DNA of 63,559 nucleotides, filler included, from Babesia bigemina (taxonomy: Eukaryota), in the NCBI RefSeq assembly GCF_000981445.1. It is 9 parts of 9 records of this genome, joined end to end, with 100 filler letters (N's around TTAATTAATTAA, not from the genome) between each part and the next. Parts side by side here need not be neighbours in the genome. Positions count along the whole stretch, not along the records: positions 1 to 13,372 come from NW_012237013.1; 8 more parts are not named here. The stretch is one strand, 5' to 3'. The translations under genes were made by a program, and so were the position numbers. Positions 1 to 10,200 of this stretch are shown here, in pieces (the stretch's first letter is position 1; every line of letters starts with the position of its first letter). A model generated the notes under the pieces. It saw nothing but the letters and a program-made list of their open reading frames with translations. It was not told the origin of the DNA and ran no database searches.

Positions 1-423
1 ACATCGCTCCTTAACCCACTCTACATCGCTCCTTAACCCACTCCACATCGCCGCTTTACCCACTCTACATCGCTCCTCTATCCACTCTACATCGCCCCTT
101 TACCCACTCTACATCGCTCCCTAATCCACTCTACATCGCTCCTCTATCCACTCTACATCGCTCCCTAACCCACTCTACATCGCTCCTTTACCCACTCTAC
201 ATCGCTCCCTAATCCACTCTACATCGCTCCCTAATCCACTCTACATCGCCCCTTATCCACTCTACATCGCTCCCTAACCCACTCCACATCGCTCCCTTAT
301 CCACTCTACATCGCCCCTTTATCCACTCCACATCGCCCCTTAACCCACTCTACATCGCTCTCTAACCCACTCTACATCGCTCCCTAACCCACTCTACATC
401 GCTCCTTTATCCACTCTACATCG
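1..423. repeat. ~22-bp minisatellite (CCACTCTACATCGCYCCTWWAY-like), C-rich on the ves sense strand
   Basis: Tandem degenerate units read directly; ends at the conserved leader. Confidence 0.95.
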
Positions 424-480
424 CTCGAATTACCCCGCCATAATACCGCTATGACCTCCATTAATTATGACCATAACTGG
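424..480 (+). promoter_or_regulatory. Conserved leader between 22-bp array and ves frame (CGAATTACC.CGCCATA.TA.CGCTATGACCTC)
   Basis: Similar copies at ~7224, ~23897(-), ~34058(-), ~62503(-), ~62362(-); function unknown. Confidence 0.6.
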
Positions 481-3400
481 TTGTTACTTCCCACACCCGT
501 CGTTATGATGATGCTACTAAGAAAGCCTTGAAGGACATTGACTCCAAGCTTGTTAGCCTTGGTCAGCTTGCTGGACAGCTTGGGAGTTTCATTGGTCAAA
601 GTGAGAGTGTTAAGAAAGCCGTTGATAATGCTTTAGATATCCTTACTGAACAACAAAAAAAGTGTAAAAACTTCAGTAATCTTCCAAATTCTCATGATTG
701 TCAAGATCCTTCGAATTGTCAGAGCATCACTCAGCAGATAGAGAAACTTAAGAGCCTTAAAAAAGCAAATGAAACTAATCAAAATAATCCACGTGATTTA
801 CTTACTAACCTCTGCACCGGCCTCGAGAAATTCCTCGGCTTCAACTCTGAATCTAAAGGCTACGACGGCACTGGGATTGTGTACTCTGACCTTGACAGGC
901 TGTGTGACGGGGTGATGGCGTTTTTGAGTGGAGTGCTTGGTGCGGTGAAGGACGAAAATGAAGTGACAACTTATGATAAAAACATCACTGATCCTGAGAA
1001 AAAGCTTCAAAAAGTACTAGACACCTTAACTAAAAATATTGGCTCCGGGCGTGCTGGGCTTGCGGCGTCTGTCGACGCGGTGAAGAGGTGGTTGGAGGGG
1101 TATGGAGAGAAATTAGATGAAAAAACGAAAAATGTTATCGATAAAATAAATTTAATATTTCATAAAACACACGAAAATACAATGATTATAGAAAATTTTA
1201 AAGATGATGGTTTAGCTGCGATGAACAATAAATTTGGTGAGTTGATGAGGGACACCATGTTAGTCGTTGGCAGTCTCACTGGAAAAGGAAAATCAATTAA
1301 CGATGTTGACAAAGCATTGAGAGACAAATTGGCGACGCCAGTTGGCAAGATACAGAGTGCTGTGGATTTGTTGGAGAAGTCGGCGGAAAATCCGCAATTC
1401 TCTGAACAGGGTAAGGTGGTAGATTATCAAATAAAAAACCAGGCGGAACTGATGAAGCGAGAAATAGAGGTGAAGTGTGAAGAAGTTGGAATCACACTAG
1501 GTAACAAATTAAATGAAATTGATAGTAAAATTGAAGCCATTGAAGCAATGGAAGCCGGTAAATTGAAGATTTTGTTGGAATCTGTTAAATCATTAGTTGA
1601 GGTCGTAAAAATAGCTGAAGAAGCGGCCGTAAGTTTGGAGAGTCAGTATGTGGAGCATATTGTTGGGAGCGTGAAAGACATTCATATGCGGGTTAATCAC
1701 CTTGATACGAAGGATATTGCTGGTGGGTTACAAGAAGTTCACGCTGAGGTTGCTAAGCAGTTAGATGTGCTTCAGATTAAGTTGTCGGAACTACAAACTG
1801 TTCACGGAGAGATTGAGAAGCAGGTCGACAGCGGTTTTACCAAAATTAAGACAGATTCGGATAATAAGATAGTTCACCTTAAGCGACAAATTAAGAAAGC
1901 AATAGAGGAATATGTTAATACCGAGTTGGGAAAAAAGGTCAAGAATAACTTAGATATGATGTGTGATCTTATAACCAAACGGAATGCAATTGAAGGAGAA
2001 CCTGGAGACCTAGATAAAATTGTTGACGGTGTTAATAAGTATGCGGAGAGATTCGTAAATTTTAGTGAAAATGTGAAAGGATGGATCCAAAGTATTTTGG
2101 AGAGTGCATCTGGAGTCAAGGGATGGTTTGGAGAGTACTTGAAGGAGAATAAGAAAAATAGTGTCCAATTTAAACCGGATATTATAGATACGAGTAACAG
2201 TGTAATTAGACCAGGAAAAGCTGGTGAAATCGCAGAGGCAGTTAGGAACGCCTTACAAAATAAGCTTAGCATCCGAATGAATGGCGCCACTGTCAAGCCT
2301 GGTGAAAGCAACGTGCAAGGCAATATTGAATCCATTCACAAAAGTATCACATTGTTTGTGAATGATTTGGAAAGAAAGATCACGAAGCAGGAAATTACAC
2401 ATACTGATGGACCCAATACGGTGGTCTCCACTATTGTCGCGGCTATTGAAGGTGTAGTGGTGCAAGCAGGAAGTACAGATAAGAAGTACGGAAATTATTT
2501 TCTCAGACGCGCCGTCAAAAGTATTTTAGAAGCACTAAACTCAACCGCCATTCAGTTAGCTAAGGAACTGGAAACGTTTGCCCTCGGATACAAACTAGGC
2601 GACAATTTGACTGCGGCGATAAACAGAGTTAAAAACCTCGGAGGTAGAATAGAGAGAGAGCTAATCTCCGATCACTTGTTACCAGGGCAGCTTGGTACCA
2701 TCATCAACGAAGGAGTCGGCAGTAAGGCTGCAGGTGTTGACTTCAAAACTCCCATCAACGAACTCCTTAAAGAAGCGGTTCATGAGGGTATCGGACTCCT
2801 GAATACCGACTTGAAAAGGTACATCACTTCGCAATTAAGCGATATGGATGGCAATATTAAACGGCATATTAATAGGCTAAGCAAAGATGCAACTGGAAGA
2901 TTGGGGATGGGTTCTATTCAAACTCAGATCACGGAACTGCAGCGTGAAATCGCAGAACTGCAAGAGGCTGCGGGAGGTCTAAAAAACCACGCTGCTATTA
3001 CGATTAAAAAGCAGGTGACGTCCGTAAAATATAACGTTGCCAGTTTGAGAAAGTCAATCGAGAAAATTGATAGAGACATACAAGCCTTCGATAAGGAGTT
3101 ATTACAAGACCTCCAAGCATGCAAATTGGCTGTAAATCAAACACGGCGTGAAATGAAAGCGCAGATTACCAAAGTGAAGGAAGGGCTCACCCAAGTTGCG
3201 CAAACAGCCTTCAATGCTCTCTACTCTGCGGTGAAAAAGATGTTCGCTGAAGGGCATAAGGCAAACTTGAAAGCGTTGAAGGAGTTAGTGGACGCACAAA
3301 AAGATGCGATACAGACCATCGTAGATGAAGATAAAAAAAGCGGTCTCAAAGGGCTGCTACTCGACATGTACAAAGAGAAAGGAAGTCACATCAAGAAATT

Positions 3401-6101
3401 ACAACTTGACAGCGTCAGAGATAGTGAGCGGTTTGAAAGGTTATCTGAGACGTTCAACGCATATTTAACACTAATCTTCACGTACATCACGCAGCAGGTC
3501 AAGACTACATGTACGGCGCCATCCTCCGCCTCAACCAAAGAGGTAACCAAATTGCTAAGTAACGTGCAAGGTGCGATTGACATTTTGCTAAAAAATCTGG
3601 AAACATCAAAACACTTCAATAAGGTATTCGTGGACGATCTACAATCATTCATTGTTGCACTTAACAAATTCATGCCATCTCACTTCGCCGGGACGCCCAA
3701 CCCTAAGCTGCTGGACGTAATCAAGAAAGGGCTAAAAGATCTGTATGAGCAGCTGGATAGGGCGTACGTAAGTAGGTATTCTGGTGATAAGTTGCAGCGT
3801 GCGTTGCTTGAAAGGAAGGAGAATGTTGACGTCAAGAAACCTGTGCCGGTGGCCGTAGATACCGATGATGATAAGAAATTAACGAAATACGGGAAGAAGG
3901 TCGCCAGTATAATGGTAACAATAATTGAAACGTTGCACAATGACCTCGATAGGTTGAGAATAGATTGCAAAGCAAACCCGCAGTCTACTATGAAAATTGC
4001 ATCTGGTAATAATCTGGGTAGATGGTTCAGTGAACGGGGTTACACGTTGTGCGCTGAAGACGTGATGATGAACGGGGAGTTAAACAAGAAAAAAGGGGTG
4101 AACAATATTAATAGCTTACTCATAGGAGCTGGTAAAAACATTTACAGGGATACGTACAAAAACGGTGAGACAACCGTGACGGATAGACTCATGACAAATA
4201 TTCAACGCTACTACAACGTCTGTCATATGAAGCACAATGGCTCTCCTAAGTATCCATGCTCCGTTAGAGACATGCTGATATGGCTGTGCGGCCTACGTTT
4301 CACAGCTGTTTACGATAAGGTTGAAGCCCATTGCTCATCGCTGCATAATGAGAAAGACGAGAAAACACAGCAGATGCCGAATAGAAATGACGAAGTAATG
4401 AACAGAATCCTGTCATATGGACTGCCGCAAAATCTTACCCGTACTTGTTCGTTAGCGTATACGCTGCTTCTCGAAATCCAGGGCCACGGCTGCGGTTTCG
4501 ACCAGGCTGACTATCCCTACGCCTGTAACTTCATGGACAACTCGCGTGGTTTCCACTACCCCGATAGCGTTGGCAGTTTGTTCGATATGTTGGCTGACAT
4601 TTGTCGACGTCTGCTATGCTCGCTGTACTTTTTACGTGCACGGTGTAGATACACTTTAGCGGACGGCAACGGCTGGGCCGACTGCTCTTATGGCCAACAG
4701 GTCCCATCGGCAAGCTGGCAATGTAGCAACCACAAAAGCGGCGAATCAACAAGCGAAGCAACGTGCCAACCAAATGGCCAACCAATGTGCCGATCAACGT
4801 GCCAACCAACATCGCCGCTACAGTGCCATCTAATGGACCAGTTACCGGGCTGCTTACCACATAGATTGACCAGCGTCGGCTGCAAATCGGAATGCAATAC
4901 GTGCCCGAAGACATCTCCTGGACAGCAGTGTGTTACCCCAATGGGATTCTGGGACTTGACTCACGCGGCGTCCAAAGGAGGCACTGGCAAAGACATTTTC
5001 GCTGCACTTGAAAAATTATGCAAGGACGGTTCTAGCCCCCTAACTGCTCTCTTACGTGACATTTATTGCTTGTATCCACATCCGCCTAAATCTCTGGGCG
5101 ATATGTTCACGTTCTTCTGTCAGTTGTTCAGGACATGGCGATCGGCTGATAGCTTGAAGAAGCACAAATCGGGGTACATCAACAATGACAGTTTGTTGGC
5201 GAACATGACAGACAACACTATAGATGCTGCCTTTCCATTGCCAACATGGTTTCATAAGAATTTTAGCAACGCGAATCTTACTAACGCTATCACAAAATTG
5301 TATCATTCCGATGATGAGCACAGACACCCCCTCCCAAAGAATACTGCGGGTAAAGGTACCGAGAACACCGTCGCCAGTAATACTGCAACAAGCATCACTG
5401 GAACTAAGGACGCCGCTAACACAAATACCAGCTGCCACTCTGACCTGGCAAGTTTGACGACATTATCGGCTTTGTGCAAGAATTCACCTGCTTGCTCCCC
5501 GTACCTGCAACCGCTGTATTTCCATGCCTATAACACATATCCTCAAAAGCACTCGGCATTGTATTTGTCGTGGATTACGTACACCGCATGGAATTTTTGG
5601 AATCTGCTCCAAGAGTTGCTGTCTGAATTCCAAAAGATAAGCTGCAAACGTTATGGCTGTGCCTCATGCAATTGCCTTACCGGCAAACATGGTGAGAGAG
5701 GAGCCTGTAAATGCGCTTCACTTGTGCAATGTGGCAGTGTCGTCTCAACGTTCCATAAATATGGGTTCACATTTGGAAAAGCCAAAAACTTGATGAACGC
5801 AAAAACGTGCGATGTGTTCTGTGAACAGCTTCAAAGAGTTCTCAAATCAGCACACTTCACGCACCTGTTTGATATAATCGATAAATTTGTATTTCATATT
5901 AGACTCCCCTTCATCTGGCTGAATGTCGCCCTCTGGCTCCTCTCTCTCCTCTACCTCCTCCACATCATGGTCATCCGCCTCGATCTCCTCCACATCAAAT
6001 CGCATTTGCATACTCCCTCGAGTCATCGCATCGCTGCTCAATCGCTACTTGCCGCCGCACGTGTTAACAAGCATAACAGGGTGTTTTACCTGCAGCCGTA
6101 A
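477..6101 (+). CDS. ves1: VESA1-like variant erythrocyte surface antigen, C-terminal type A; 5' end apparently truncated
   Basis: 1857-aa ORF from TTG 528 (frame open from 477); GIVYSDLDRLCDGVM motif, Cys-rich distal half, TM plus LDLLHIKSHLHTPSSHRIAAQSLL tail; leader ATG 451 is out of frame. Confidence 0.85.
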   Translation: MVVTSHTRRYDDATKKALKDIDSKLVSLGQLAGQLGSFIGQSESVKKAVDNALDILTEQQKKCKNFSNLPNSHDCQDPSNCQSITQQIEKLKSLKKANETNQNNPRDLLTNLCTGLEKFLGFNSESKGYDGTGIVYSDLDRLCDGVMAFLSGVLGAVKDENEVTTYDKNITDPEKKLQKVLDTLTKNIGSGRAGLAASVDAVKRWLEGYGEKLDEKTKNVIDKINLIFHKTHENTMIIENFKDDGLAAMNNKFGELMRDTMLVVGSLTGKGKSINDVDKALRDKLATPVGKIQSAVDLLEKSAENPQFSEQGKVVDYQIKNQAELMKREIEVKCEEVGITLGNKLNEIDSKIEAIEAMEAGKLKILLESVKSLVEVVKIAEEAAVSLESQYVEHIVGSVKDIHMRVNHLDTKDIAGGLQEVHAEVAKQLDVLQIKLSELQTVHGEIEKQVDSGFTKIKTDSDNKIVHLKRQIKKAIEEYVNTELGKKVKNNLDMMCDLITKRNAIEGEPGDLDKIVDGVNKYAERFVNFSENVKGWIQSILESASGVKGWFGEYLKENKKNSVQFKPDIIDTSNSVIRPGKAGEIAEAVRNALQNKLSIRMNGATVKPGESNVQGNIESIHKSITLFVNDLERKITKQEITHTDGPNTVVSTIVAAIEGVVVQAGSTDKKYGNYFLRRAVKSILEALNSTAIQLAKELETFALGYKLGDNLTAAINRVKNLGGRIERELISDHLLPGQLGTIINEGVGSKAAGVDFKTPINELLKEAVHEGIGLLNTDLKRYITSQLSDMDGNIKRHINRLSKDATGRLGMGSIQTQITELQREIAELQEAAGGLKNHAAITIKKQVTSVKYNVASLRKSIEKIDRDIQAFDKELLQDLQACKLAVNQTRREMKAQITKVKEGLTQVAQTAFNALYSAVKKMFAEGHKANLKALKELVDAQKDAIQTIVDEDKKSGLKGLLLDMYKEKGSHIKKLQLDSVRDSERFERLSETFNAYLTLIFTYITQQVKTTCTAPSSASTKEVTKLLSNVQGAIDILLKNLETSKHFNKVFVDDLQSFIVALNKFMPSHFAGTPNPKLLDVIKKGLKDLYEQLDRAYVSRYSGDKLQRALLERKENVDVKKPVPVAVDTDDDKKLTKYGKKVASIMVTIIETLHNDLDRLRIDCKANPQSTMKIASGNNLGRWFSERGYTLCAEDVMMNGELNKKKGVNNINSLLIGAGKNIYRDTYKNGETTVTDRLMTNIQRYYNVCHMKHNGSPKYPCSVRDMLIWLCGLRFTAVYDKVEAHCSSLHNEKDEKTQQMPNRNDEVMNRILSYGLPQNLTRTCSLAYTLLLEIQGHGCGFDQADYPYACNFMDNSRGFHYPDSVGSLFDMLADICRRLLCSLYFLRARCRYTLADGNGWADCSYGQQVPSASWQCSNHKSGESTSEATCQPNGQPMCRSTCQPTSPLQCHLMDQLPGCLPHRLTSVGCKSECNTCPKTSPGQQCVTPMGFWDLTHAASKGGTGKDIFAALEKLCKDGSSPLTALLRDIYCLYPHPPKSLGDMFTFFCQLFRTWRSADSLKKHKSGYINNDSLLANMTDNTIDAAFPLPTWFHKNFSNANLTNAITKLYHSDDEHRHPLPKNTAGKGTENTVASNTATSITGTKDAANTNTSCHSDLASLTTLSALCKNSPACSPYLQPLYFHAYNTYPQKHSALYLSWITYTAWNFWNLLQELLSEFQKISCKRYGCASCNCLTGKHGERGACKCASLVQCGSVVSTFHKYGFTFGKAKNLMNAKTCDVFCEQLQRVLKSAHFTHLFDIIDKFVFHIRLPFIWLNVALWLLSLLYLLHIMVIRLDLLHIKSHLHTPSSHRIAAQSLLAAARVNKHNRVFYLQP

Positions 6102-6224
6102 TCGTACTCACGTGTTTACTATCCACACTCACCTAGCATCACCTACTCACCTAACTTATAAATTGTGCTTTAATCTGTTGTATCACTCATTAATCGTTGT
6201 ATGTGATTGTGTAATTGTTAACTA
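6102..6224 (+). other. Conserved type-A ves 3' flank
   Basis: Near-identical to 18236-18359 and 49510-49633 (reverse strand). Confidence 0.8.
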
Positions 6225-6360
6225 AAGTGCTGAACAAGGTGCTGACCAATGCCATGACCAATGTGATGACCAATGTGCTGACCAATGCCACGACCAATGT
6301 GCTGACCAAAGTGGTGACCAATGCCATGACCTAAGTGCTGACCAATGCCATGACCAAGTT
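6225..6360. repeat. 12-bp minisatellite (TGACCAAWGTGC-like)
   Basis: Tandem units seen directly. Confidence 0.9.
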
Positions 6361-6362
6361 AA

Positions 6363-6490
6363 TGGTCACGGCAGCGATGACTAGGTCACGGCAGCGATGA
6401 CACGGTCACGGCAGCGATGTCATGGTCACGGCAGCGATGACATGGTCACGGCAGCGATGACATGGTTACGGCAGCGATGACATGGTTACC
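6363..6490. repeat. 20-bp minisatellite (CACGGCAGCGATGACATGGT)
   Basis: About 6 tandem units. Confidence 0.95.
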
Positions 6491-6504
6491 AAAGTGGTGA
6501 TTAT

Positions 6505-7222
6505 TATCCACTCTACATCGCCCCTTTACCCACTCCACATCGCCCCTTTGACCACTCCACATCGCCCCTTTATCCACTCTACATCGCTCCCTAACCCACT
6601 CTACATCGCCCCTTAATCCACTCTACATCGCCCCTTAATCCACTCTACATCGCCCCTTAACCCACTCCACATCGCCCCTTTATCCACTCTACATCGCCCC
6701 TTAACCCACTCTACATCGCCCCTTTATCCACTCTACATCGCTCCTTAACCCACTCTACATCGCTCCTTAACCCACTCTACATCGCTCCCTAACCCACTCT
6801 ACATCGCCCCTTAACCCACTCCACATCGCTCCCTAACCCACTCTACATCGCCCCTTTATCCACTCTACATCGCTCCCTAACCCACTCTACATCGCTCCCT
6901 AACCCACTCTACATCGCTCCCTTATCCACTCTACATCGCCCCTTAATCCACTCCACATCGCTCCTTAGTCCACCCTACATCGCTCCCTTATCCACTCTAC
7001 ATCGCCCCTTTACCCACTCTACATCGCCCTTTATCCACTCTACATCGCCCCTTTATCCACTCTACATCGCCCCTTTATCCACTCTACATCGCCCCTTTGT
7101 CCACTCTACATCGCCCCTTTGTCCACTCTACATCGCCCCTTTATCCACTCTACATCGCTCCCTTAACCACTCCACATCGCTCCCTAATCCACTCTACATC
7201 GCTCCTTTATCCACTCTACATA
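6505..7222. repeat. ~22-bp minisatellite
   Basis: Same unit as 1-423. Confidence 0.95.
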
Positions 7223-7250
7223 CCTCGAATCACCTCGCCATAATACCGCT

Positions 7251-10200
7251 ATGACCTCTATAAACCATCCTAATAACTTGTGCTTTGTCCCCCTTCACTT
7301 CCCTTCTTCCACCTCTTGCCACTGCCCTGACCATGTGCCGCCTAGTGAGCTTGACCAGAAATTTGACAAAATTTAGAACCCTAAAAATACCTCAAATAAC
7401 AACCCTACTAACATCCTTAATAACCTTTGCTCTGGCCTTCAGACTTTTCTCGGCTTCAACTCTGAGACTAAAGGCTACGACGGCTCTGGGATTGTGTACT
7501 CTGACCTGGACAGGCTGTGTGACGGGGTGATGGGATTTTTGAGTGGTGTGCTTGGTGCGGTGAAAAACACTCAGACATACAATGTCGGTAAAAATACATT
7601 AAATTCGGTAAGTAATGAAATTAACAAACATCTTTGCTCAGGGCACGATGGTTTCACTACGCTCCTTCCCCGTCTGACTAATGAGATCGGGAAGTACAAC
7701 ACAGAAGTGAGAGACTCCAATGAGAAAGTTAAGAAGCCCATTGAAGAGTTGTTAAATCAGGTGGGTGATGCATTTATGAACAAGGTACAAAATATATTGC
7801 CGCAGGAAAATGAGGGTGAAGATCCCGAGAAAGTGCAGGCGGCGGAGAAGCAAGTGAACGAAATGTTGGCCAATGACATAAAAACATTCACTAATAAATT
7901 TAACGTAGCTTTTCAATTTAAAGATAATAAAGTAGATAAAGCAGAGATGAAAACTGCAATAAGGTATCTAAATCCCACGTTGCAAGTCAGGGTGAACAGC
8001 GCCTTGAAGGCAGTGCACCATGAGATTAAGAGGCTGGAAGAGCTGTCGAGGAAGGAGCATAAGAATTTGGAAGCGACAACGAATTTGATTAATGCTAAAC
8101 TCACAGAAATTAAATGCACCGTAACAGAACAAATTAAATTAAAAATTAATGAACTTGTTGAGGGTCTGAGAAATCTCGTCAAGTTCATGTTGTCTGCCCT
8201 TGAGAAAGTCAAGAGTGCGATGGCCAGCTACATTGTCAAATTGGAGACGTGGATAAAGGAGGCGGACGGGAGTGTAAAACATTCCATCAGCGAGGCTGGA
8301 GCAATCGCACAAAAAGCTGTCGGAAAACAACACCAGCATGAGCTCAAGGTAAAGGCGGAGGCCGAATTGAAAGCCATTGAGAAAACGCTTGAAAATTACA
8401 TCACCGGTATGGTAAGTCAAATAAATGATAACGTGACTGCGGCGCTTAAGCAGGTGATACAAACGGACGAGGCGATTAAGAAGGATCTGTACACCGTGAA
8501 AGGTAAGATAAAGGAGGCGGTTATGGCATTAGGGGAGAAGTTGGATAAGGATGTGAGAGAAGGATTGTGGAATATGGAACAAAAAATCAGTGGACATCTC
8601 ACACGTATTGTAAGTAGCGCACAGAGTTTTGATACAGAATTTAGAAAAACTACACATGCTGCTGCAGCGACTATTCAAGGGTTGTATGAAGATTTTAGTA
8701 AAATCAGCAGTCTCACGGAGCTTGATACGATTGAGAGAGCGTACGGAGGCACAGTGCAAGCCCCTTTATTGAAGGCCATAGGTGGAAGACAAAATCCGTT
8801 TCAGAAGCTTACAGAATATATACGAAAGTTGAATGATGAAATCATGGAACCTGTAAAGACGCTGATGGATGACATAGGCGCAGGTATAAAAGGGTCTGTT
8901 AGTAAATTTGAAATACATAACGCTCTCAATAATTCTAAGGTTAAATCTGCAGTCACGTCACAACTCGAAGCGCTAAAGGGGATTTTAAATGATAATGGCA
9001 GAATTCCCAAAATCGGTACAGTTCTAATTGGCGACGAATCCATTACTACATATGGTGCAACTCCACTCACATTGAAAACTAATCTCTCGAATTCGGAAAT
9101 TTTCGACACTGTGATCCAGAAACTTTCTAGAAACCAGATCGTAGATACAGGTGAAGTAGAGAAACTCTTCAGCACTCTCGGCAATATTGCCACAACAGTC
9201 ACCCGGCACACCCAAAACGTTGTTCAAAACGTAATGCAGAATATTAAAAACAAAATTGAAGAAGAACTTAAGGATACCGTTGGGGCAGTTGAGTTGCGAT
9301 TCTCGGATTTTAGCCAGCTGGTCACTGACCGCAGTGGACGTTCCGTGGGCCCTGTCTCTAATAAAGCTGAAGGCCTCCAGTGGCTGATTACCAAGTTTGA
9401 GAAGAACGTAAAACAAACCATTGAAACGCTGCAGTCAACGTTTAACGATACATTTAAGCAAACTGGTGCAATTCCTCGAGGTAAAGACAAATATGAGTTT
9501 GGACCGAAGCTCATGGAAGCATTCAACACCACTAACGCTGATCTCGTAAAGGGAGACGTTATGCAGAACAAACAAAATGTGCTTGACGAACACATCGGGC
9601 ATGATATTTTGGCAGGTTCAGGCGACCAAAATAAAATTGCCGAAATTGCTGATACTTTCACAAAATACAGGCAGCAAATCGTGAGAGATAGCCTAACCAA
9701 TCCTGACCCAAACCAGCTACAAGGCAAACTCCCCGAGGCTATCAGTGCGATTAAAACCACTGCCTCCGGCATCACCGTCCAAGGAACGAAACTGTCGATG
9801 GACAACCTTGGTAAGAAAATAACATCCGACCTCGAAGCCCTTCTAAATGCGTTTTCTGCAACTGGTAAAGTCGTGAAGGATAAATTGGTACAGCTGCAGA
9901 AGGACATTGGTATGGGTACTAAAAATGATAATACACTACAGAAAATCCACGACAAACTCAGTGATATTCTTACCAAAGATTTCGCGAAAGCCATCGACGA
10001 GGCGAGAAACTTCGACGCCATTGCTTCCACAAGATGCCGAGAAACCATCGGACTACTCACTGAACACGTGAATTCCTGTGCTTCGTCCGCAATGTCCACA
10101 CTCACTACCCACGCCCACCAACAATACGTCCTTTCCCTCAAAGAAGCGCTGACGGCGTTCGCTGACAAGGTTCACAGGGAGTTGAACATGTTGGTTGGTC

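Noticed and set aside
1..521. 22-bp array plus leader as a giant AG-poor branch-point/polypyrimidine tract supplying a splice acceptor to ves
   Set aside because: The first AG falls in different phases and contexts among copies, so no single model fits; not fully excluded without cDNA
424..6224. Autonomous transposon or retroelement explanation for the cassettes
   Set aside because: No transposase, RT or integrase motifs, terminal inverted repeats, poly(A) tails or target-site duplications seen
9224..10168. 314-aa antisense ORF and other short ORFs overlapping ves genes
   Set aside because: Shadow frames of the real coding strand, not conserved between paralogs
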